From NCBI GenBank assembly GCA_963674825.1, contig OY771587.1, positions 2,048,001 to 2,112,000 on the forward strand: a stretch of DNA of 64,000 nt, given 5' to 3'. This DNA comes from Candidatus Cloacimonadales bacterium. GTDB lineage: Bacteria > Cloacimonadota > Cloacimonadia > Cloacimonadales > JAIOQZ01. Shown in pieces: positions 9,510 to 17,603 of this stretch (its first letter is position 1; the number at the start of each line of letters is the position of its first letter). A model generated the notes under the pieces. The model was not told where the DNA came from and made no database searches. It saw only the letters and a program-made list of their open reading frames with translations. Position numbers and translations under genes: made by a program.

Positions 9510-12500
9510 ATGAAAACCATGAAACCAAGCGTATTATGGATTTTTTGTGTCCTTTTCACGCTGTCGATAGGTTCTCTTCTGAGCCTTTCACTGGACGAGC
9601 TCGAAAGGGAACACCAGAAATTGCAGGATTTCAAACGGGACGTATATAACCAGATTCAAACCGATATCCGGGAGAATCCGAACTCACCCGATATTCCATA
9701 TCTTTATTTCAAGCTCGCACAATTGAGCTCAGAAATCGAAGGTATTGAAAATCCAGCAAAGACAGCAAATTTCTACAAAAAAGTCCTTGAACTCGATCCA
9801 ACCTTCCCCGACAAAGACGTGGTCTTGTACAATCTCGCCTATTTCTCGTATGAAGCTGCGAAAAAAGCTCGTGACGAAAAACGGGAAAGAAATATTGATC
9901 TGGCTATGAACTGGCCCGATAGTTACCGACTTTCAGAAGATCAGCCGATGGTCAAGACCGCGATTGATTCCTATACGGAAATCTATCTCAAATACCTTGA
10001 TTCCATCTATAACTCTGAAGCGCTTTTCAGGCTTGGTAACATCTATTATGAGCTTGGATTCGATGCGCGTAAAAGCGCGAAATATTACACTGTTGCATCG
10101 AAATTCTTCGATATTCTTGCCCGTAGAGACGGCGATCCCTACCAGAACTTCGGTATCTTCTACCGCGGCTGGGTTAACTTCACAAAGGGTGACTATCAGG
10201 ATGCGATCAACGATTTCTCTCAAATCCTTAAGAAGATCGAAGATGGCTCTTCCACTGAAGATCTGAAGACCTATTTCGAAAGCGAAGCGATCGAAAACAT
10301 TGCATATAGTCTTATCGAAGCGGACAGCACGGACTTTGAACAACGTTCGAGAGCTGCCTCCTTCGCACGCGACTCCTTTAATCAGCTTGTTGATGAGCAA
10401 GTTGGAAAGCGAATCCTCAATGAAGCAATCGACCTGAAGCTTCAGCTCAATGCTCCGATGCAGGCAGTTGACCTCTTCAAGGCATATGTTAATCTGTATC
10501 CTATGAGCCTGGATGCACCTTCCTACGTCGATTCGATCATGACGATCTACAAGCGTTACCCGAATCGTCTTCGCGAAGCAGATATCTATCAGGCTGTGAA
10601 GAAAGAACAGGAATTCCTGGTACAGAACTACTGTTATGGCTGCGAATGGTACACAGCAAATGAAGCGAAACCTGGTTTCGTGGATCAGCTGGTTGTCGTT
10701 CGTAACGCGTACAAGTTCCTCGCTCCGGATTACCTGATTGCTTTCCAGAAAAGTAACAATGAAGCCGATTTCCAGCGCTATCGCGAATTGTTTGAGAACT
10801 ATCGCAAGTATCCGCAGTTCGCGCAGATGGATATCGACGAAGGCGAAGGTGACTGGTTCTTCGAATATGAGATTAGTACAGCTGCCGGTTATCTTACGCT
10901 GGCCGATCAGGCTCAGGATCCAGGCAAATATCTCCTCGCACATGAACAATTGATCGATATTAACACGGAATTCCCTGAGAATGCGCGTTATATCGCGAAC
11001 GAGACAAACGCCTTCTATTGTATTGAACAGGTATACAATATCCTTGATCCTACGATCGCCGATATGCCATTCACCAGTCCGGTCGATAGCCTCGTTATCA
11101 CCAAGCCGGTACTTGATTCGCTGTACGTTGCAGCTTCGACTCGTTATGAGCAAACCCTTGTTTCAGACGAATATCAAGCTGCAGAAAAAGATTCCGACCT
11201 GCAGAAGATCATCTATCGTCGTGCAGAGTTGCGCTACGAAAATGAAGATCTCGATCTTGCATACACGGATTTTGAAAAGCTTCTCAATTTGCAGATCAAC
11301 GACGATCTTCGCAAGATCGCGTTCAGCAGACTGGCAAGTATCAACGAAACCCGCGGTGATTACACCATGGCGATCGATTTCTACAACCAGGCCGCCAATT
11401 TTGCAAAAACGGATGCAGAACGCGCCGATATCAAGACAAACATCGCAGCTGCTTACCAGGCCGATGCCGAACAACTCAAGGGCATGGGTAACTACCAGCA
11501 GGCTGCCGAGAAGTATATCAGACTTTCCGACGAGATTGCCTACAGGGATTCCACACAGTGGATCGCTTTCAGGGTCAAGGCAATCGACATGTATAATAAG
11601 ATTCCGCAATACGACATGAGCATTGGACTGCTCAAGGAGATCGCGAAATCTCAGAACAACATCGACAAGGTTCTCGGTTACTATGTTCGTGCGTGGAATA
11701 TCGCAGACTCTCTGATGCTCGACCCGCAATACGGTGAGCAGCTTCGCTGGGAATTTGTCGATATGTATCCACGCAGCAACCAGGCTTATAATATCCAGCT
11801 CGATATCATCAAGCGTTACGAAGAAGACGTGAATACGAAAGAAGCTGCAGCGCAGATGTACCTCGACCTGCATGCCAAAGCCGGTAATATCGATCTCGGC
11901 GAAGACAAGATCGAAGACCTTATGCTGAAAGCAATCTCGATTTATCGCGATCTGAACAACGACGCGAAACTGATCGAATTGATGCTAGCCTTTGAATCGA
12001 CATATCCAGCGCACCCGGCGGCGAACGAATTCCTTATCGAAGTCGCCAGAATGTACAAAAACATGGGCGATCAGGCTAAGTACAAGGATATGGCCCTTTA
12101 CATTAACCGCAAGGATCCTTCGATCCCGTTCCTCGAGTCTATTGCGAGCGAAGAGCTGAAGGCCATCTATATCGATGTCAATACGCTTTTCGAAGCAAAG
12201 GCTTACGATTCGATGAACGCGAAGATCCAGGAATACAAAGACCTCGAGAATAACTATAAGAAGGAAGGACTCGATCTTCGCATCGATTCCGTTTACGATC
12301 GGTTTGACTATGTCGAGAATTACATCGTCTGGGAGAAGAGCTATGATGGCATCATCCAGGAACTGAACGACTATCTCGAAAAGTCTCCGAACGATCTGGT
12401 TCTGATTGGTGGACCGACCAAGTGGAAAACAAAGGTCGTCCCGCGTATGAAGACCCTGGTCAAGAACACAAACGCTCTGTACGATAAGGTTCTCGATGTC

Positions 12501-13820
12501 ATTGCCAACGGTAAAGAGTATGAAATCAGCGATATGCAGACAACCAAAGCTCTTTATCTGATTGCGCAGGTGTACGAATATAGCTACACCTCGTTGATTA
12601 CGCAGCTGAAAAAATACCTTGAAGAAACTACCGAAGCGCAGGAATACCGTGACGCTGGTCCCGCTATGTACCAGCAGTTCTCGAGTGCAATTGCCGCGGC
12701 TTCGAACGAATATCGTTCTGAACTCCAGAAGAAATATCTTCAGACCTATTTGACGATCGTCACCAACTTCACTGAAAAGACTGGTTACTCCGATGAGTAC
12801 ACCGAACTGGCGATGGAAAAACTGGTAGAAGAAGGCATCCGTAAACCGAAAGAGTACCAGCAGGTCGCAATGGATAATTCCTGGATGACCAACACAATGG
12901 GAATCGATATCAATGACCCGACGTCGATTTCTTCGGCTACCTGGTCTCCGATTGCGACGATTACCAGCGCAACCTATGCTGATAAGGGTGTGATCGAGTT
13001 CAGTGAAGTTTCTCCGACATACGACGTGCTTTACAACAGTACGCTCAACGCTGAAATCCAGCCTGAACTCTTGACTGTTGACTATTTCAGCAATCAGCCA
13101 GTTCAGGTATATGTGAACAACAGTCCGGTTCAGAACCAACCGAGCCTTGTCGATACGCTAATCGTCGATGGCTTGAACATCCCGCACTATTCGGTCGTAA
13201 CCAGCCGTAACCTTACGCAGGGGCTGAACACGATCGGATTCTATGTGACACACGGCGATTCGCTCAGTACAACATTGTTCTCGGCAAACTACCAGGCACA
13301 GTACGACAAGGCCGATCTCGATTTCTTCCGCACAACCGAAGAACGTGATATCGTGTCGGATTACTCCTGGTACACAACGCGCAAAGAGATTGATCCTGCT
13401 ACGACAGCTCCAGATTCGACCTGGATGCTTGCCGGAAAGGGTAATTTCAGTTTCTATCGCGTGCAGATCCAGATGATGGATAACACGAATGCGATTGAGA
13501 TCTGGGCGCCTGAAGTCGATACGTCGAAAGTCAATTCTGTTTACTTCATGAAGACGTTCGACATCGATACGGAAGTCATTGAAGGATCAATGTCTTTCAT
13601 CGCTGAGAAATACGGTTCTGTCTGGATCAATGGCGTAAATATCTTCGATTCGATGGAGATAATGCTTGACCAACAACTGAGCCAGGTACTACCTTACCAA
13701 ATGCCACTGGACGCTTCCTACTTCGTTCAGGGCCGAAACACGATCCTTATCCGTGTCGATGGAGACAAAAAATACAAGGGTCTTATGTTCGACATGAATA
13801 TGTTCGTCAAAAAACCGTAG
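9510..13820 (+). CDS. Large secreted TPR protein with two C-terminal beta-sandwich domains (GltD/AgmU-like position)
   Basis: Signal peptide; many TPRs (ALFRLGNIYY, IFYRGWVNF, YRRAELRY); C-terminal VYVNN..GLNTIG and VWING..GRNTILIRV sandwiches. Confidence 0.75.
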   Translation: MKTMKPSVLWIFCVLFTLSIGSLLSLSLDELEREHQKLQDFKRDVYNQIQTDIRENPNSPDIPYLYFKLAQLSSEIEGIENPAKTANFYKKVLELDPTFPDKDVVLYNLAYFSYEAAKKARDEKRERNIDLAMNWPDSYRLSEDQPMVKTAIDSYTEIYLKYLDSIYNSEALFRLGNIYYELGFDARKSAKYYTVASKFFDILARRDGDPYQNFGIFYRGWVNFTKGDYQDAINDFSQILKKIEDGSSTEDLKTYFESEAIENIAYSLIEADSTDFEQRSRAASFARDSFNQLVDEQVGKRILNEAIDLKLQLNAPMQAVDLFKAYVNLYPMSLDAPSYVDSIMTIYKRYPNRLREADIYQAVKKEQEFLVQNYCYGCEWYTANEAKPGFVDQLVVVRNAYKFLAPDYLIAFQKSNNEADFQRYRELFENYRKYPQFAQMDIDEGEGDWFFEYEISTAAGYLTLADQAQDPGKYLLAHEQLIDINTEFPENARYIANETNAFYCIEQVYNILDPTIADMPFTSPVDSLVITKPVLDSLYVAASTRYEQTLVSDEYQAAEKDSDLQKIIYRRAELRYENEDLDLAYTDFEKLLNLQINDDLRKIAFSRLASINETRGDYTMAIDFYNQAANFAKTDAERADIKTNIAAAYQADAEQLKGMGNYQQAAEKYIRLSDEIAYRDSTQWIAFRVKAIDMYNKIPQYDMSIGLLKEIAKSQNNIDKVLGYYVRAWNIADSLMLDPQYGEQLRWEFVDMYPRSNQAYNIQLDIIKRYEEDVNTKEAAAQMYLDLHAKAGNIDLGEDKIEDLMLKAISIYRDLNNDAKLIELMLAFESTYPAHPAANEFLIEVARMYKNMGDQAKYKDMALYINRKDPSIPFLESIASEELKAIYIDVNTLFEAKAYDSMNAKIQEYKDLENNYKKEGLDLRIDSVYDRFDYVENYIVWEKSYDGIIQELNDYLEKSPNDLVLIGGPTKWKTKVVPRMKTLVKNTNALYDKVLDVIANGKEYEISDMQTTKALYLIAQVYEYSYTSLITQLKKYLEETTEAQEYRDAGPAMYQQFSSAIAAASNEYRSELQKKYLQTYLTIVTNFTEKTGYSDEYTELAMEKLVEEGIRKPKEYQQVAMDNSWMTNTMGIDINDPTSISSATWSPIATITSATYADKGVIEFSEVSPTYDVLYNSTLNAEIQPELLTVDYFSNQPVQVYVNNSPVQNQPSLVDTLIVDGLNIPHYSVVTSRNLTQGLNTIGFYVTHGDSLSTTLFSANYQAQYDKADLDFFRTTEERDIVSDYSWYTTRKEIDPATTAPDSTWMLAGKGNFSFYRVQIQMMDNTNAIEIWAPEVDTSKVNSVYFMKTFDIDTEVIEGSMSFIAEKYGSVWINGVNIFDSMEIMLDQQLSQVLPYQMPLDASYFVQGRNTILIRVDGDKKYKGLMFDMNMFVKKP

Positions 13821-13838
13821 GGTTGAGAGAGGTACACC

Positions 13839-14147
13839 ATGAGAAAGGTACTCGCTATTGCGCTTCTGTTGATCGGTGTTGGGCTGTTTGCACAGGATGC
13901 TACTCAGGCTGAAACTCAGGAGCAACCTCAGGCACAAACACAAACTCAAACTCAAGCGACCGAAGATGTGAGAGCTCGCTTTCAAAACGTGGAAGTGTTT
14001 CGCGATACGGAAGAGAGCCAGATACAGGTTGATGACCTTAAACCGGGTCAGTCCGCAATGAAAGAGCGTCAGGAATCGAAAACGACTGCTGGCGCGAAAA
14101 GAATCTATCTTGAACGTTTTCAGACATCAAATAAGTTATTATATTGA
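13839..14147 (+). CDS. Small secreted Gln/Thr-rich protein
   Basis: GAGG RBS, signal peptide, low-complexity TQ stretch; sits inside the operon. Confidence 0.7.
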   Translation: MRKVLAIALLLIGVGLFAQDATQAETQEQPQAQTQTQTQATEDVRARFQNVEVFRDTEESQIQVDDLKPGQSAMKERQESKTTAGAKRIYLERFQTSNKLLY

Positions 14148-14164
14148 TAAACAGGAGGTTTAGA

Positions 14165-14923
14165 ATGTCTTCGTTCTTCAGAAAAATATGCTTCATGGGA
14201 GCGTTGCTTGTTCTGACAATTGGTCTGGTGGCACAGGATGCAGAGGTTCGCGGAGGCGAGCAAATCGACTACGCAGCTATGTTTACCGGTGTTCCGGGCG
14301 TATTCATGTACCTGATTCTGTTACTTGGCGTTGTGAGCGTTGTGCTTGCTATCGTTAAGCTTTTCCGCCTTGCTATCAAGGAAAAATTCGATGCTCAGAG
14401 CTTCTATCTTAAACTGAAAGGCTATATCAAGCATGAGCAGTACGATGAAGCAATCAAGGTTTGCAAAAACTTCAAGAACAAAACCATGGGATTCATCTTC
14501 TGGAACGGTCTTGTTTCCTTCAACGATGCTCGCAGCATTGGAAAATCAGGAAGCGAACTCCGCCAGGTTCTTCAGAACTCTTTCGACGAAGCCGGTATGC
14601 AGAAGATACCGGAAGTTTCCGCTGGTCTTCACTGGTTCGACCTCATTGCGCAGGTTGCAACGCTGCTTGGACTTCTCGGAACTATCTTCGGTCTGATCTT
14701 TGCGTTCAACGCGCTGTCAGGTGCGGCTGAAGCTGATAAGACACGTCTTCTTACCAAAGGTATCGGTACCGCTATGGGTACGACCGGTCTTGGACTGATG
14801 GTCGCTATTCCTACCCTTCTCATCAAGGGTTATCTGCAAGGACGTGCAGAACGCATTACCGACCAGATCGACGAATTCAGTGTGAAGACCATCAATACGA
14901 TCAACTATACGATAAAGGATTAG
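14165..14923 (+). CDS. MotA/TolQ/ExbB proton-channel family protein (AglR-like)
   Basis: AGGAGG RBS; ATLLGLLGTIFGLIFAF and GI..AM.TT.LGL.VAIP transmembrane motifs. Confidence 0.92.
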   Translation: MSSFFRKICFMGALLVLTIGLVAQDAEVRGGEQIDYAAMFTGVPGVFMYLILLLGVVSVVLAIVKLFRLAIKEKFDAQSFYLKLKGYIKHEQYDEAIKVCKNFKNKTMGFIFWNGLVSFNDARSIGKSGSELRQVLQNSFDEAGMQKIPEVSAGLHWFDLIAQVATLLGLLGTIFGLIFAFNALSGAAEADKTRLLTKGIGTAMGTTGLGLMVAIPTLLIKGYLQGRAERITDQIDEFSVKTINTINYTIKD

Positions 14924-14927
14924 TGCC

Positions 14928-15443
14928 ATGGCATATCGTCCATCGGAATCGCGAAAAGGCGGAAAATGGGAAAGCAAGGAACTGAACCTGATTCCTATCA
15001 TGAATCTGTTCATTGTTGTTATTCCCATGCTTCTGACCATTATCGTGATGACGCATATGGCGATGATCGAAATATCTCTGCCTACGCAGGCCGGTGCTAC
15101 TGACGCACAGGATACTGAAGAGAAGGAAGTGGAAGCAAAGCTTCTCGCGATAACCCCCGATGGGTTCGAACTCTTCACGCCGGGCGGCGAGGAAGATGGC
15201 ATTAATTTGCCTATTCTGAATTCCGAAGCAACGGATGCGATCCAGAAGTACGATTTTTATCGTCTCGATCAGGAAATCGCCAAGCTTAAAAAAGACAATG
15301 AAGACCTGAAGGCTATCGGTGTAATGCCCGATCCTCGCGTGTCGTTCGAAACGCTTCTTACCACCATTGACATTGCCAAAAGCAATGGTTTCGAGGTGGA
15401 CTACAAGAAGTTCGAACAATACGGCTTGAAAAAGGTCCAGTAG
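14928..15443 (+). CDS. ExbD/TolR family protein (AglQ-like), with Asn at the conserved TM Asp position
   Basis: ELNLIPIMNLFIVVIPMLL TM segment; C-terminal PDPRVSFETLLTTIDIAKSNGF. Confidence 0.85.
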   Translation: MAYRPSESRKGGKWESKELNLIPIMNLFIVVIPMLLTIIVMTHMAMIEISLPTQAGATDAQDTEEKEVEAKLLAITPDGFELFTPGGEEDGINLPILNSEATDAIQKYDFYRLDQEIAKLKKDNEDLKAIGVMPDPRVSFETLLTTIDIAKSNGFEVDYKKFEQYGLKKVQ

Positions 15444-15452
15444 GAGTTCCAC

Positions 15453-16040
15453 ATGGCAAAACGAATATCCTATACGAAAGTAAAAAGAAAGATATCCGGT
15501 ACCAGCGGACGCGAGGCTAAGAAGAAGCACCCGAAATCGAAAGAGATCAACATCACATCGTTGATCGACATTCTTACGATTCTTCTGGTCTTCCTCATCA
15601 AGAACGTCTCGATGGAAGCTCAGAAGGTGCAGCAGCCAGAAGGAATGAAACTGCCCTCGACATCAACCAAAGAAGCTTTGATCGAAAACGGTAATACCGT
15701 GCTCATCAAGGTGTATGATAACCAGATTCTTTTCGGTACATCGAACACGAAGGTGATCCCGGATGAGAAGATGGTCGGTTACGAAGGTAGAGAGCTGGAA
15801 GTATTCATGAACGACGAGGATACACGTACGGCTATGAAGGGACTTCTGCAGGCGCAAGCAAAGGAAATCAAGGCTGCGAATGCCGAAGCGATTCCAGCAA
15901 TCTTGATTCAGGCGGACGACAAAGTGTTATGTCGGTATATTACTGAGATAATCGTGTTATGTGCAAACTCGGAGTTCTCACACATTTACTTCTCCAGTAT
16001 GCACGATCCGCAAATCAAGGAGCACTTCATTAAATCCTAA
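15453..16040 (+). CDS. ExbD/TolR family protein (AglS-like)
   Basis: INITSLIDILTILLVFL TM with conserved Asp; ILIQADDKV motif. Confidence 0.88.
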   Translation: MAKRISYTKVKRKISGTSGREAKKKHPKSKEINITSLIDILTILLVFLIKNVSMEAQKVQQPEGMKLPSTSTKEALIENGNTVLIKVYDNQILFGTSNTKVIPDEKMVGYEGRELEVFMNDEDTRTAMKGLLQAQAKEIKAANAEAIPAILIQADDKVLCRYITEIIVLCANSEFSHIYFSSMHDPQIKEHFIKS

Positions 16041-16060
16041 GTTTCCAGGGAGTAGTCTTT

Positions 16061-17506
16061 ATGGGTAATAAAATACTAAATTTGAAACTGCTGTATATGG
16101 GAAAGCCTCTCAGCTATGTTTCTCAGGGCAACGGATTTTCCAAGTCCTTCGAGGTTGGTTCTGATCCGCATTTGTTCTGGCAGATTCTGGATGAGAAATT
16201 CCCAAGTAAGTTCAAATTGCTTACGAAGAAGGGAGAAAACTTTGTCCTGCATCTCAACAAGGGCATGAACCTCTCCGTCCAGCGTGGCGATGAGAACTTG
16301 AATATGGATAACCTGAAGCAACAGCGACTGCTCAAAGGGAACAACCTGATGCTGGATGAACGTACAAGCGGAACTGTCGGCTTGAACAAAGACTACCAGA
16401 TCCAGTACAGCTTCCAGACACCGAGACCGCAGGTTCTGTCTCAGGCTGAAATCGCGATGATTCGCGAGTTCAACCGCAAACCGCCTGCAACTTCGGAACA
16501 GAAGTTTACCAAATGGTTCCTGATTATCAGTATGCTGATTACAGTCGTCGGTCTTACTACATTCAACCTTACCTATAGACCCAAACAGGTCGATCGCTCG
16601 ATCGTGGATCTCTATCAGCAGCGTGAACTCGCGACTCAGGTAACTTATGAAGTACCTCAGGCTGAAGAGGGTCCCACTGCAGATGCTTATGGTGTTGGGC
16701 AGGTTGACAGGGAAGCTGGTACGACAGAAGAACAGGCTCAGGAAATCGTTCAGGAAGCTCAGCAAAGAACAGTTGAGGACATGAGAAACGCACTCGGTCT
16801 TGGTAGCTTCGATGTTACCGGTGGTGGCGGAAGCCTTGATGATACCGGTATCGGTCAGGATGTGATCCTCGAAGTCAACCAGGCTACCGACATCGTTGCA
16901 GCCGGCCCGGCAACGGGTGCGAGAAAGGCTGCTGCTGGTGCTGCGATTGCTCAGTTCGATACCAAATCAGCTAAAGCTTCTGAGATGACCAGTGGGGCTG
17001 GTGGACTCGACGCGATCCTTTCCAAAGACGCTATCAACGTCGGCGGTGCCGGCGGAACATTTGAAGCTGTTGACCTGGATGCCGTTGGTGCTTCCGGTGG
17101 ACAGATTCAAAAGGTTGTCATTACTGGATCAGCGCAGTTCGAGAGTATCAAAGCAGCTCGCTATAGTGGACTTCGTACGGTTCGTGCTCAGGATATCGAG
17201 ACAGCCGATCTTGCTCCAGCAGATAAGAGCGTTTATGTGAACATCCGTAACTACGTGAAGGCTTTCGAGCCGCAGATTACGCAGGCATTCCGCCGCGAAT
17301 CCGCAATCATTGATATGTACGGTTCACTTCAGATCACGCTTTATCTTAGCGAAGGCAAGGTTGAAGGCGCAGAGATTTCCAAAGTCGGAAACAGCTATTT
17401 CACGGATGGCTTCCTTCAGAAGATCCATGACGATGTCATCATGAAATGGAAGTTCCCGGTTAAAAAGACGCTCGTTTACGAGTGGCGTATGAACTTCATC
17501 AAATAA
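16061..17506 (+). CDS. GltG/AgmX-like TonB-type energy transducer
   Basis: N-terminal soluble beta domain, single TM (WFLIISMLITVVGL), Gly/Ala-rich linker, C-terminal AgmX/TonB-C-like domain (..GSLQITLYLSEGKV..MKWKFP). Confidence 0.65.
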   Translation: MGNKILNLKLLYMGKPLSYVSQGNGFSKSFEVGSDPHLFWQILDEKFPSKFKLLTKKGENFVLHLNKGMNLSVQRGDENLNMDNLKQQRLLKGNNLMLDERTSGTVGLNKDYQIQYSFQTPRPQVLSQAEIAMIREFNRKPPATSEQKFTKWFLIISMLITVVGLTTFNLTYRPKQVDRSIVDLYQQRELATQVTYEVPQAEEGPTADAYGVGQVDREAGTTEEQAQEIVQEAQQRTVEDMRNALGLGSFDVTGGGGSLDDTGIGQDVILEVNQATDIVAAGPATGARKAAAGAAIAQFDTKSAKASEMTSGAGGLDAILSKDAINVGGAGGTFEAVDLDAVGASGGQIQKVVITGSAQFESIKAARYSGLRTVRAQDIETADLAPADKSVYVNIRNYVKAFEPQITQAFRRESAIIDMYGSLQITLYLSEGKVEGAEISKVGNSYFTDGFLQKIHDDVIMKWKFPVKKTLVYEWRMNFIK

Positions 17507-17525
17507 GAGCGTAAGCTATATGATT

Positions 17526-17556
17526 AAAGCCCCTGGTTTCAGGGGCTTTTTTTTTT
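17526..17556 (+). terminator. Rho-independent terminator closing the 8-gene operon
   Basis: AAAGCCCCTG-GTTT-CAGGGGCTTT followed by a T run. Confidence 0.9.
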
Positions 17557-17603
17557 GTGTAAACCTCTGGACAATGAATGCGGAATGAATAAATCTGCCT
17601 GAT

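Noticed and set aside
860..13139. Long antisense ORFs (e.g. 860-1714, 1841-2893, 9933-11153, 11985-13139)
   Set aside because: They are shadows of codon-biased genes on the opposite strand and carry no recognisable motifs
13901..13960. Short ACTCAR-like repeats as a CRISPR array or contingency locus
   Set aside because: Degenerate, in-frame Gln/Thr low-complexity coding sequence with no spacers
14165..17506. Calling the motor genes tolQRA or exbBD-tonB
   Set aside because: No tolB/pal or TonB-dependent receptor nearby; two distinct ExbDs and TPR partners fit the Agl-Glt pattern better, so no symbols were assigned
17547..17556. T10 run as a phase-variation tract
   Set aside because: It is the U-tail of the terminator
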